Assembly (NCBI RefSeq): GCF_006345805.1
Contig: NC_043007.1
Coordinates: 69,254,001 to 69,318,000 of the forward strand
Origin: Octopus sinensis
Lineage: Eukaryota
DNA: 64,000 nucleotides
Reading direction: 5' to 3'
The notes below the pieces were generated by a model. That model saw nothing but the letters and a program-made list of their open reading frames with translations, made no database searches and had not been told where the DNA came from. Made by a program: the position numbers and the translations under genes. Each line of letters begins with the position of its first letter. Position 1 is the first letter of the stretch. Shown piece after piece: positions 38,447 to 51,560 of the stretch.

Positions 38447-38447
38447 A
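38175..38447. repeat. Compound (CAT/CGT/CAC/ATT)n microsatellite
   Basis: Direct reading; explains the poly-H/S/P/D ORFs. Confidence 0.9.
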
Positions 38448-38890
38448 ATGACTCGCTTTTTAGAATCGTTAGCACGTCCGGCAAAATGCTTAGCGGCATT
38501 TCCTCCTTCCTTACGTTCTGAGTTCAAATTCCGACAAAGTCGATTTTTGCCTTTCATCCTTTCGAGGTCGATAAAAGAAGTACCAGTTAAACACTGGAGT
38601 CGATGTGATTGACTCATCCCCCCCCCCCACACAATAGCTGCCCTTGTGGAAAAATTTGAAACCACTATTATTATTATTAAGATAGCAAACTGACAGAATC
38701 GTTAGCACGCGGGGCAAAATTCTTACTAGCATTTCTTCAGTCTTTACGTTCTTAGTTCAAATGCCACTGAAGCCGACTTTGCTTTTCATTCTTTCGGAGT
38801 CGATTACATAAGTACCAGTTGAATACTGGGGTCAATGGAGTCGACTTATCCTTTCCCCTGAACTTGCTGACCTGTTTCCAAAATTTGAAA
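38448..38890 (+). mobile_element. Two tandem SINE family C copies (alternative tail) joined by (ATT)n
   Basis: Heads at about 38455 and 38685; B box GAGTTCAAAT(T/G)CC; tail ...AATTTGAAA. Confidence 0.85.
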
Positions 38891-38920
38891 TCATCACCAT
38901 CATCGTTCTCGTTACCATTA

Positions 38921-38997
<77 letters not shown>

Positions 38998-39032
38998 ATT
39001 ATTATTAATATTATTATTATTATTATTATTAT

Positions 39033-39075
<43 letters not shown>

Positions 39076-39111
39076 GGTGGTGGTGGTAGTAGTATTTTTA
39101 AGTATTATTAC

Positions 39112-39348
39112 AGTGGCGTGATGGCGGGATCAATATCAGAAGGCATCAAGAGGAATATAAAGGAATTTGGAATAGAGTGCCCATTAGAACTGTTACAAAA
39201 GTTTTGCCTCCTCGGCACGGCCAGAATAATCAGGAAAGTATTAGATAGCTGAAAAGAGCGACTAGCATGGTACCGTTGGCTGCAGGTGGTAAGACCGCTA
39301 CGCATGCAAGATTCCAGGAGCTCCAACAAAACCTGTGATAAAGAGCTG
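39112..39348 (+). mobile_element. R4/Dong-clade 3'-terminal fragment (second lineage)
   Basis: MAGSISEGIKRNIKEFGIECPLELLQKFCLLGTARIIRKVLDS* (39121-39252) is homologous to the QK.V L.GTA.I.RK.L end of RLE retroelements; ~95-bp 3' UTR, then (CTA)n. Confidence 0.75.
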
Positions 39349-39424
<76 letters not shown>

Positions 39425-39504
39425 TACTACTACTACTGCTACTACTACTGCTGCTGCTGCTGCTTGCAACTACTACTACTACTACTACTACTAACTACTA
39501 CTAC

Positions 39505-39539
<35 letters not shown>

Positions 39540-40399
39540 TAATAATAATAATAATAATAATAATCATGTGCAAGAGGGGAATTGCTATCGAAAGCGAAAT
39601 TAAAATTTGTAGCGTACTTCACAGTAGATGAAGTAGTTAAACAACATCAATGAACTCTTTAACTACTTCATCCTTATGTAACTGCTTCTCTTCGTTGGTT
39701 CGTCACAAAGTAGCCTGAATGCGTAATAGAAATATAAACTCATGTATCACCATGTCAATTGTACCCACCTAAAAGAGATATCTCATGACTCGAATATACT
39801 GCTTGATGACGTTCAAAAACCGTGTTCATCAATGGAATCTCTGTGATCTTAAACTTATTGGCATGCTAATCCAGGGCAGCGAATTGTTATAGTGTAAGGC
39901 AACTGTCTTGGCGTATCTATTTCGGTCCTTTGTATTCTGACGACACCTGTGACGATGCTGGTTTTCATCTGCGTCGGTCGAAGTTGGCCGCCTTTCCCTT
40001 GGATAAATATTATGGGCGTGGAGTGGAAAGACTTTGATTTCATGGACAACTGCTCGTTTCCCTCAAAAGAAAGAAAACCTTGCCCAGGCCTTTCCGTACA
40101 TGAACAGATGCGTGATCAATTTAGATCAACTGAAGCACTAGAAAAGATATATAAGCTTGAATTACAAAATATTGTTAAGTCATGTGCACATGACAGAGCT
40201 GTACAACCACGAGTCACTATATTAAACTTGATTGACCACTGAAGTCAACATATATCCCAGAAAGAATACAGTACATGTCCATTGAGTTGATCACAAGAAG
40301 GAAGATACTTCTATCACCTACCCGCATTATATTTTTGTTTAATAAAAAATTTGTTCAAACAATCGTTTTAAAAAGATTTTAAAACCTTTCTAATAATTT

Positions 40400-40800
40400 C
40401 TAAGTGAGAATGTGATAAACTTAAAGGAGGAAATATTTGAGGGGCTTCAAATCAGAGAAGTTTTTTAAAATACTGAATTTGAACAAAGGCTCAATACTGT
40501 TAGTAAGGTTTTAAATAGTGAAAAGTTTCTGAGAAATAATAAAACCCTTTGCATATAGAGGCGGAGTTGAGAACCTTTTGATGCATTTAAAGAAATAGGC
40601 TTCGGATGTCGTTAAAATACGCTTCCTTCATTTCCATCTAGGTTTCTTGCAAATAATGGTGCAGTTAAGTGATGGACAAGAAGTAAGATTTCATAAAGAT
40701 ATTCAAGTAATGGAAACACGATATCAGGAATTTTGGAGTCAAAGCGTAAATGGCTACAATATCGCGATGACCCAGACTAAATTCATAAGAGAGAATTATA
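40400..40800 (+). pseudogene. Decayed cut-and-paste transposase, probably Chapaev3/CMC-like
   Basis: KEEIFEGLQIRE and KIRFLHFHLGFL...SDGQEVRFHKDIQVMETRYQ match the EGIF.GPQIR / K.HFLHSHLDFF...SDEQGERFHQD.....RYQ transposase motif pair; superfamily assignment from memory. Confidence 0.6.
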
Positions 40801-41636
40801 TTTACAACAGTTTTACAACCCAATGTAATGCATATTCTTCAATTACACATGTATCTAATTGAATCAATGATATATAAATGAGGTTAAAATTAATTATGCA
40901 TGAATTTATCAAGTGTATGCTGTGTGTTTCGGTTCAAGCAATAAACAAATTTTGTACAAAATGTTATTTAATATACGTTAAGTATTCATAAAATTAAGAA
41001 AAAATAAAATTTGCAAAGAAAAAAAATAATTGAAACCGGTGTCGTACACATTCAGAAACGGTTAATGTTATCCCCCATAAAAAAGTTTATTGTGCTGACT
41101 ATGCACTAAGTAATAAATATAATTATGATTAAATTTAACATATATTTGCATGTATGTTTGCATATACTCGGCTAACTCAAAAATTCTAAATCTGTAAAAT
41201 CAGTTGCACTATTTCAGCCATCTATGTATCATACGTTATGTATGCATACTTTCTATTGCATTTGCTCTGCGATACCGTCTCTTATGGACTTGCTGTGATA
41301 AAAACAAAATAAATATTAGAGGTAAAACTTCAGCGTAGAAGCGGTTAGAGAGTGCGGCAAATGACTTCCCAATGGTGCGTACTTACAGGCGTACACATAC
41401 TGGGACGAGAATCCGTAATCTCTGATATAGAAAAAAAGCTAATAAAACATTCACTGATGTTGCGAATGGCCACCCGGTTGAATAGATATCTTGTATACGC
41501 AAGATCATACATAATGTATACACACTATCAATAAGCCTGTTAGTGCAGAATGTTTCCTCAGATAACATTTCTCGCCGATTTGGTGTGTTAAAAATACAAT
41601 GACTATTAGAGAAGGATTCACTATCTTATACTGAAT

Positions 41637-42005
41637 ATTCAAATTCTGACAAGGATGATTTTGACTTTCATCCTTTCGGGGTCGATAAAAGAAGTACCAG
41701 TTAAACACTGGAGTCGATGTGATTGGCTCATTCCCTCCACCAAAATAGCTGCCCTTATGGCAAAATTTGAAACTACAATTATTATTATTATTAATATGGC
41801 GAGCTGACAGAATCGTTAGCACGCGAGGCAAAATTCTTACTAGCATTTCTTCTGTCTTTACGTTCTTAGTTCAAATGCCACCGAAGCCGACTTTGCCTTT
41901 CATTCTTTCGGGGTCGATTACATAAGTACCAGTTGAATACTGGGGTCAATGTAATCGACTTATCCTTTTCCCTGAACTTGCTGGCTTGTTTCCAATATTT
42001 GAAAT
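41637..42005 (+). mobile_element. Two tandem SINE family C copies, paralogous to 38520-38890
   Basis: Shares private variants with the 38.5-kb pair (GATAAAAGAAGTACCAGTTAAACACTGGAG; AAATTCTTACTAGCATTTCTT; GATTACATAAG). Confidence 0.85.
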
Positions 42006-42038
42006 CATCATCATCGTCACCATTATTATTATTATTAA

Positions 42039-42093
<55 letters not shown>

Positions 42094-42519
42094 GAGTGAG
42101 AGAGCAGTTCATGCCATCAAAGTGACACTGGGGTAAAATACACGAAGCCCAATATACCCATCATGACTACTCGTCTGATAAGGGTACACCAGGCACATGC
42201 ATCACAACCATATGTGCGCGACATGGTGATCTCATATCAAGATAAACAGCACATGACCTTGCAGGTGGAGCCCAGTTAGAATTTTCTTCAGGTTGAGTAG
42301 CCCATCCCGCTCAAAATGTCCCTGAATAAGGGTTGTTTAAGGTTGTTGAAAGAACCACCCATGTTTCCAGAGGTGAATTATTCAAACCCCAAAGAATCCC
42401 TCTCAACACATGGCTATGATGCTCCCCCACTACTTCTTCTCGTGATCAGAGATGCACATATCGTCAGCCACTAAGGGACATGCTCAACTGGTTACGGTCA
42501 AACAACTGACAAGCAAATC

Positions 42520-42521
<2 letters not shown>
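42094..42521 (-). mobile_element. Non-coding (AAT)n-associated retroelement, 5'-truncated
   Basis: Reverse complement of the 49306/49939 elements; same 3' end CTCTCTCACTCAA(TAA)n; flanked by TAT tracts on both sides. Confidence 0.85.
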
Positions 42522-42589
<68 letters not shown>

Positions 42590-42614
42590 GTTATTATAAT
42601 TAATAATAATAATA

Positions 42615-43583
<969 letters not shown>

Positions 43584-43584
43584 G

Positions 43585-44165
43585 TTTCAAGTTTTGGCAC
43601 AAGGCCAGCAATTTTGGGTGAGGTAGCAAGTCGATTAGATTGACTCCAGGATTCTACTGGTACTTATTTAATCGACCGCGAGCGGATGAAAGGCAAAGTC
43701 GACCTCGGCGGGATTTGAACTCGAACATAAAGACAGACGAAATACCTATTTCTTTACTACCAACAAGGGGCTAAACTCAGAGAGGACAACAAACAAGGAC
43801 AGACAAACGGATTAAGTCGATTATATCGACCCCAGTGCGTAAGTGGTACTTAATTTATCGACCCCGAAAGGATGAAAGGTAAAGTCGACCTCGGCGGAAT
43901 TTGAACTCAGAACGTAACGGCAGACGAAATATGGCTACGCATTTTGCCCGGCGCGCTAACGATTAATCATAATAATTCTCTCAAAATTTTGGCACAAGTC
44001 CAGTAGTTTTGAGGAGAGACGGTAAGTCGATTACATTATTATTTGTAGTTGACTGGTAGTTTATTTTTTATCATCCCTGAGAGCATGGAAGGCAAAATTG
44101 ACATTAGCAGGAATTGAGCACGTAATAAAGCGGGAAGAAATCATTAAGAATTTTGTTCGACGTGC
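43585..44165 (-). mobile_element. SINE family C dimer (43585-43962) plus a degraded monomer (43975-44165)
   Basis: On the minus strand: head, body with tail 1, then a headless body with tail 2. Confidence 0.85.
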
Positions 44166-44482
44166 TACATCAGGATGATGATGTTGATGTCTATTATTGG
44201 TTACAAGGCCCCAAAATGTGTCGTGTTCTTAAAAAAAAAAGAAAAACACTTAAATTCACGTTGCTCCGGTAGGCAGGGCTGTCAAAAATGAGTAATCTAC
44301 CGACGGACCGGCGTCTCGTCCGGTGGAGGATATATACGCCACAGAATCCGGGAAACCAGCCTTATAAGCCTATGTCTCAGGAAGGACCTTTGATGCTTTT
44401 TGATACATACATACATACATATATATATACTATATATGATATATATATAAGTATATAATATATATATATGTGCGTGTTTTTG

Positions 44483-44514
<32 letters not shown>

Positions 44515-44837
44515 ATATATATATAGTTGGGTACAGAAATTCAGGGTGAGTACTTGATAATTGTAAGCACCTGTATATACCGTTTGGTGGTGTAGGTGGT
44601 GGAGTAAATTAATCAAAATAAAAACATGATGCCAAGGATTCAGCGGTACATATGTTTCGGGCCTTTATTAGACGGATTTATAACAATGCATAATGTGTGT
44701 CTATGGCCTTCTTCAGCCGCGCACAACTACTACATGAATATATATATTACATTATATTATAATATACACACATATATATATATATATATATAATATGTGT
44801 GTGTGATTGTGTGTATGTGTGGGATTGTGTACACATT

Positions 44838-45085
44838 ATATGGCTCAGTGGTTAGAACATCGGGCTCACAATCATGAGGTAGTGAGTTCGATTCACGGAC
44901 TGGGCTGTATGTTGTGTTCTTGAGCAAGACACTTTATTTCACGTTACTCCAGTTCACTCAACTGTAGAAATGAGCTGCGACGTCATTGGTGCCAAGCTCT
45001 ATCGACCTTTACCTTTCTCTTGGATAACATCATGGGAACTTTCTAGATGCAATCCCATGCTCATTCATGACCGAAGGGATTATTT
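44838..45085 (+). mobile_element. SINE family D (CORE-like, OR2-like head), tail type 3
   Basis: GGCTCAGTGGTTAG A box, GAGTTCGATTC B box, TGTGTTCTTGAGCAAGACACTTTATTTCACG core; tail differs from 61703. Confidence 0.8.
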
Positions 45086-45175
45086 TTATTCTTTTACCCT
45101 TTTATATTATATCATATTATATTATATTATATTATATTATATTATATTATATCATGTTATACACACACACACACA

Positions 45176-45220
<45 letters not shown>

Positions 45221-45342
45221 CACACATACACACACACACACACATACACACACACACACAGGCATATATATATAATTTAATAAATGAAGTCTCTCACTGA
45301 ATGGTGTATACTTTCTGTTGACACAATTAATAACGGGAGATT

Positions 45343-45389
<47 letters not shown>

Positions 45390-45404
45390 CTCTCTCACTA
45401 TCTT

Positions 45405-45439
<35 letters not shown>

Positions 45440-45444
<5 letters not shown>

Positions 45445-45535
45445 ATAAAATCCGTTCTGTCTGTCTGCCTGTGTGTCTTCTAGGATCTCGAGCATCCTTC
45501 ATCCGATTGCGCTCAAATTTGATATGTAGAAAATT
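45440..45535 (+). mobile_element. Helitron-like (Lep1-type) 5' fragment
   Basis: TATAAAATCCGTTCTGTCTGTCTG...CCTTCATCCGATTGCGCTCAAATTTG resembles the 5' region of small Helitrons; no 3' end seen. Confidence 0.45.
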
Positions 45536-47164
45536 TGGTTTAAATGTTTGACAACTCAACCCCGTCCATTGGACGGGGGGGGGGACGTTTTGCTCGTATA
45601 TATATACATACAGATGAACATAGACGCATATATTGTTTTTGTTTTTCATCATACATAGATCCCGCGCAAACATTAACTGAAAACGAACTCAGTACAAGCA
45701 TTGATTAATGATCTATAATGAAAATAGTGATGCTTGCTTGAATGTTCGTCGATGGTAGCTTATTTAACTGGCAATTGCTAATATACCAACATAGCTGAAA
45801 CTTTGACGGAGCCATAACACACACACAACACACGCACACACAACCACAACCACACGCACTCACGCATGCACACACACACACACAGCATGTACACACTCAT
45901 TTGTGAATGTGTCTGCAAATTGACATACACACCAACACACATGCTCACATACACACGCGAAGACTCACATTCTCAAAGATACATATCCGTAGATGTGTTT
46001 GTATACACAGAAATATATGCATGCATGTATGCATGTTTGTATATGTGTACGTATGTGTGTGTGTATTTATGTATGTATGTATGCATGCATGTATGTATTT
46101 ATGTATGCATGCATGTGAGTATGTACGTATGCATGCATGTATATATACATAATACACATACTTACAAATATACATACACACAGATATATATATATATACG
46201 TAAAAAAAAACACACACATATACACACTCACACACACACACACACACACACACACATTACTCTAATACAGGTTCCACTCTTCGCTTCCTTTTTCTCATCA
46301 TCTCGTTATCATATTGGCACCTTTCTCACGTCCCCTCCCGCTAATCCTCCCTCCTCCTCCTCCTTCCCCAATCTCCCTGATCCCTTTCCACCTCGTCCTC
46401 CTCCTCCTCTTCCTCCTAACCCTTACCTCTGTCTATGTTTCCATCAATTATTTTCCTCATTTTTCTCAATCTTGCCACTACATATCCCACTGGTATCTTA
46501 TCCGAAATTTCTCTCTCAGACAACCATTTACCTCTTTTGTCTTGATTACAATAAATTTGCTCGTCTCTCTTTCTTATCTTTCTCCGACCCAGTTAGTTCC
46601 ATCTCACGGCTACCCCGGCAGGGCCAGTAATTGTTGCTGTTTTTGTTGTTGGAGTTATTCTGCTGGTGGTGGTTGTAGTGGTATTAGTGGTTGATGATTG
46701 CCGTTGTGGTTGTCTTAGTAGGGGTTGAAGTGGTGGTGGTGGTGGTGATTGCTTCTGTGGTTGTTGTAATGGCTCTCGTTTAGCTCTTGCTTTGCTCTGA
46801 TCGAGCAGATTTAATCATACAGACGTTCCAGCTGTCTCCAAACTGTAAGGGTATGATTTTAAGCACATTTGTCTGTTATTTCTAGCATACGATGCCAAGT
46901 AGAGGGAGATTTTGACATAAATGTAGTAGAAGAAGCAGTGGATACTTCTTGTTGTTGAAGCAGGAGCAGCGGCTGTTGCAGTAGTGGTAGGAGTAGGGGT
47001 AGTAGTTTTAGTAGTTACTGCTAGTGATGATGAGGATGATGAAGATGACGACACGGTCACAAGGATAACGACGTTGATCTTGTTGATCTCATCTTAACGG
47101 AAAAGTAAACTATATATAAGTATATATGCCTATATGTATATACATATATGTATGAATGTATACA

Positions 47165-47301
<137 letters not shown>

Positions 47302-47358
47302 ATGATGGCCTCTCTTGTCGTGAACGACAAATGAAGATTCAGTAAAATAAAGAGTTAA

Positions 47359-47590
47359 TCATGTTCCATGAACACGAATGTATCTCTTCAGACCTGCTGG
47401 TGCCTTCCAAACCTTTTTGAAAATGAAACAAGCTGAGGACTCAGATTGCTTGAGTGCTTGTGGATCTTTTGCTGTGTTTTCTTGATTGGACAGTGAGGCC
47501 TGCTTTGCTTCGTACCACAAAACCACAACGACTGGTAAGGATTCCATTCAGAGGTGCATCGTTTTGCCAGCGCGCCTTCATGCTTCTTAG
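47359..47590 (-). pseudogene. Two decayed C2H2-like fingers, probably the 3' end of an RTE-type LINE
   Basis: Minus strand: SRCGFVVRSKAGLTVQSRKH and, in another frame, ACFIFKKVWKAPAGLKRYIRVH*; metal ligands partly lost. Confidence 0.4.
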
Positions 47591-48254
47591 TTAAGGTAAG
47601 ATCAGCAAAAATAGTGCTCCATCCAGTGAGAGATACACGTACAATCCTATTATATAAAAGTCCTAACAGCGTAAATGGAAACGGAATTCATCTAAATGAA
47701 TGCACTAATTCTTGAGAAGATCAATGTTTGTAATATCCAATGGTTTAAATGCAAAGCCTTTCAATATCGTTCATATCTCTCAAAGCCTTTCAGACAAACA
47801 CTTATGCAGATTTGATTGACCACTCCAATAGGTAAATAAATGAATGAATAAATAAATAAATAAAACTACCGTTTCGTTCGGTGTCAAAGGGAAGTCGGGC
47901 ATATCCTGTAATATATGGATCCATAATGTCATTAAAATCCCCGAAGCTGCAGTTATTTCATTCATCGGAAGCTGTGTTGTCATAACTTTAGTCATGCTCC
48001 AAATCTAAAGATACGTTAGCGATATATATTTTTATAGAAATATTTTAGAATTAAACGCTAATGAGTTGTTTTTTTTATCCAAAGGTTTTTTTTATCCCAT
48101 TCTCTAAACGCAATTATATATAGTTTACCTGCTTCAAGATCCAACGTTTCAAAAACGAAAAAGAAAGAAATAGTAATATTTAAATAAAGTTCATTGAGTG
48201 AATAATAATAATAATATTAATTATAATAATAAAAACGACAACAACAACAACAAC

Positions 48255-48312
<58 letters not shown>

Positions 48313-48315
<3 letters not shown>

Positions 48316-48460
48316 GATATGAGATCACCATGTCGCGCACATATGGTTGTGATGCATGTGCTTGGTGTACCCTTATCAGACGTGTAGTCGTGATGGGTAT
48401 ATTGGGCTTCGTATATTTTACCCCAGGATCACTTTGATTGCATGCACTGCTCTCTCACTC
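48313..48460 (+). mobile_element. Non-coding (AAT)n-associated retroelement, short 3' fragment
   Basis: Matches the last ~150 bp of the 49939-50478 copy; AAT tracts on both sides. Confidence 0.85.
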
Positions 48461-48494
48461 AATAATAATAATAATAATGATAATAATAATAATA

Positions 48495-48548
<54 letters not shown>

Positions 48549-48600
48549 TGATGATGATGATGATGATAAATTTAATAATAATAATAATATAGAACCCCAA

Positions 48601-48644
48601 GACACCTGATGAAGGCTGGAGGGTATATCAGCCGAAACGTTGTG
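48601..48644 (+). ncRNA. Minimal type-I hammerhead ribozyme motif with intact core (family E tail)
   Basis: GACAC-CTGATGA-A-GGCTG(GAGGGTATAT)CAGCC-GAAA-CGT-T-GTG; preceded by (AAT)n as in the 20-kb copy; stem I is cut to 3 bp by a downstream deletion. Confidence 0.7.
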
Positions 48645-48702
48645 AGGACATGTAAAAAAAAAAATATGTTGGTGGTGGTGAAGTCCCAGACTGAATATTG
48701 TC

Positions 48703-48746
48703 GCGGGCCACAACCGAGGCCGCAACCTGTATATTTGACACCCTTG
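48703..48746. mobile_element. Possible hAT-MITE terminus
   Basis: GCGGGCC...GGCCGC...TTTGACACCCTTG resembles hAT right ends (CAGGGGTGTCAAA TIR); no partner end found. Confidence 0.3.
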
Positions 48747-49158
48747 TCATAAACTACATCGCTTTCCCCACCTTCGTGCTTCTATGAACTATACATGCTT
48801 TTGTGTGACCTATAAGCTATCTAATGTATAATCAATCGACGGAATTAAAACTACGTAATTAATGTTTTGGGTGGTGGGTGAATTGGGAGAAGGATAATCG
48901 ACAAAGTTAATAAGATAGTAAGATTTAAGGGTTTTAATTAGCGGCGTTTCTCTTGAAAGTAGATCTGTTCTGTGCTAATAGGGTGATTGCTAAGAGTATA
49001 ATGTGTTGGCTTGTCAAAATGAAAAAGAGACTATTTGTCCTTCGTCTGTCTGGCTCCTTAATAAATTTCGGTCAAGTCACATAACCCTAAAACATGTTGT
49101 TGTCTGAGCAGCCGTAAGGGAACACCAAATGCTTGTCGAAAATATTGAATGGAATATA

Positions 49159-49237
<79 letters not shown>

Positions 49238-49305
49238 TAATAATAATAATAATAATAATAATAATAGTAATTATAATAATGATAATAATAACATTAACAA
49301 TAATA

Positions 49306-49861
49306 AACACCCTGATGCAGTACCAGACAGTGGCTCTCATGGCTTCTCATCTTAACTGATTGGAAGTATTATCATGTACATTGTTTTGCATTGGTATTAA
49401 AGATGGGCTACAGCAAATATTCTGCTCAATACCACAGATTTGCTTGTCAGTTGTTTGACCTTAACCAGTTGAGCATGTCCCTTAGTGGCTGACGATATGT
49501 GCATCTCTGATCACGAGCAGAAGTAGTAGGGGAGCGTCATAGTCATGTGTTGAGAGGGATTCTTTGGGGTTTGAATTATTCACATCTGGAAAGATGGGTG
49601 TTTCGTTCAACATCCTCAGTCAATCCTTATTCAGGGACATTTTGAGCGGGATGGGCTACTCGACCAGAAGAAAATTCTAACTGGGCCCCACCTGCAAGGT
49701 TATGTGCTGTTTATCTTGATATGAGATCACCATGTCGTGCACATATGGTTGTGATGCATGTGCCTAGTGTACCCTTATTAGACGGGTAGTCATGATGGAT
49801 ATACTGGGCTTCGTATATTTTACCCCAGTGTCTTCTTTGATGGCATGCACTGCTCTTTCAA
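49306..49861 (+). mobile_element. Non-coding (AAT)n-associated retroelement (longest copy)
   Basis: ~555 bp, no long ORF, embedded between (AAT)n tracts. Confidence 0.85.
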
Positions 49862-49886
49862 TCAATCAATCATAATAATAATAATA

Positions 49887-49938
<52 letters not shown>

Positions 49939-49941
<3 letters not shown>

Positions 49942-50478
49942 GGCAGTGGCTCTCATGGCTTCTGATCTTAACTGATTGGAAGTGTTATCATGTACATTGT
50001 TTTGTCTTGGTATAAAAGATGGGCTACAGCAAATATTCTGCTCAATACCACAGATTTGCTTGTCAGTTGTTTGACCTTAACCAGTTGAGCATGTCCCTTA
50101 GTGGCTGACGATATGTGCATCTCTGATCACGACCAGAAGTAGTGGGGGAGCATCATGGCCATGTGTTGGGAGGGATTCTTTGGGGTTTGAATAATTCACC
50201 TCTGGAAACATGGGTGGTTCTTTCAACATCCTTAAACAACCCTTATTCAGAGACCTTTTGAGCGGGATGGGCTACTCAACCTGAAGAAAATTCTAACTGG
50301 GCCCCACCTGCAAGGTCATGTGCTGTTTATCTTGATATGAGATCAGCATGTCGCGCACATATGGTTGTGATGCATGTGCCTGGTGTACCTTTATCAGACG
50401 GGTAGTCATGATGGGTATATTGGGCTTCGTATATTTTACCCCAGTGTCACTTTGATGGCATGCACTGCTCTCTCACTC
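49939..50478 (+). mobile_element. Non-coding (AAT)n-associated retroelement
   Basis: Tandem paralogue of 49306-49861 with different substitutions; followed by ~225 bp of (AAT)n. Confidence 0.85.
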
Positions 50479-50576
<98 letters not shown>

Positions 50577-50626
50577 CAATAATAATAATAATGATGATGA
50601 TAATAATAATAATAATAATAATAATG

Positions 50627-50706
<80 letters not shown>

Positions 50707-51054
50707 GAATGTAAAGAAGTAAGTACCAATGTAGAATAGATGTCTGGTGAAGGATATAGTATGTGGCATGGTCCTGGTCATTCTCAATCAAAGGGAATGG
50801 ACACAGTTGAACCGTTGTTATAGCACTGTAACAGCAGTAACAAAACATCAACAAGAACGTCAACTAACAACATCATCAAACAACGGATAACACTGTTCAA
50901 CAATAACAACTTAAATAAGAACGTCGACTAACACGAAACAACAACGTCAAATAAAGTGAAACGACAATGTGAATCAAGAACGTCAATCAACAACAGGAAT
51001 ATCAAACCCAATTCTGACGTCATCATTATAGTCGACTTCGTCAACGCCGAGATC

Positions 51055-51560
51055 ATCTTCACCACCACCACCATAACCACCACCACCACTACCACCATAA
51101 CCACCACCACCACTACAACCATAACCACCACCACCACTACCACCATAACCACCACCACGACCACCACCACAGCCACCACCACCACCACAACCACCACAAC
51201 CACCATAACCGCCAGCACCACCATCACCAAAGCCACCACCACCACCACCACCATCACCATTATCATCATCATCATCACCACCATCACCACCATCATCATC
51301 GTCATCATCATTATCGGCAACAACACCATGACACACAACACACATGTATATAGTTATGTACATACATATATACATATATACATAAATACATACATATATA
51401 CATACATAAATACATGCATACATACATGCATACATACATACATAAATACATACATACATACATACATACATACATACATACATACATACATACATACATA
51501 CATACATACATACATACATACATACATACATACATACATACATACATACATACATACACA
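51055..51560. repeat. (ACC/ACCATA)n and (TACA)n microsatellites
   Basis: Direct reading; explains the poly-T/G/V ORFs. Confidence 0.9.

Noticed and set aside
39870-40040. Open frame ...WRIYFGPLYSDDTCDDAGFHLRRSKLAAFPLDKYYGRGVERL*
   Set aside because: No recognisable homology or convincing splice sites.
44270-44400. GC-rich patch with a small ACCGG/CCGGT hairpin and a hAT-like CAGGGCTGTCAAAA
   Set aside because: There is no second terminus or second copy in the window; it cannot be classified.
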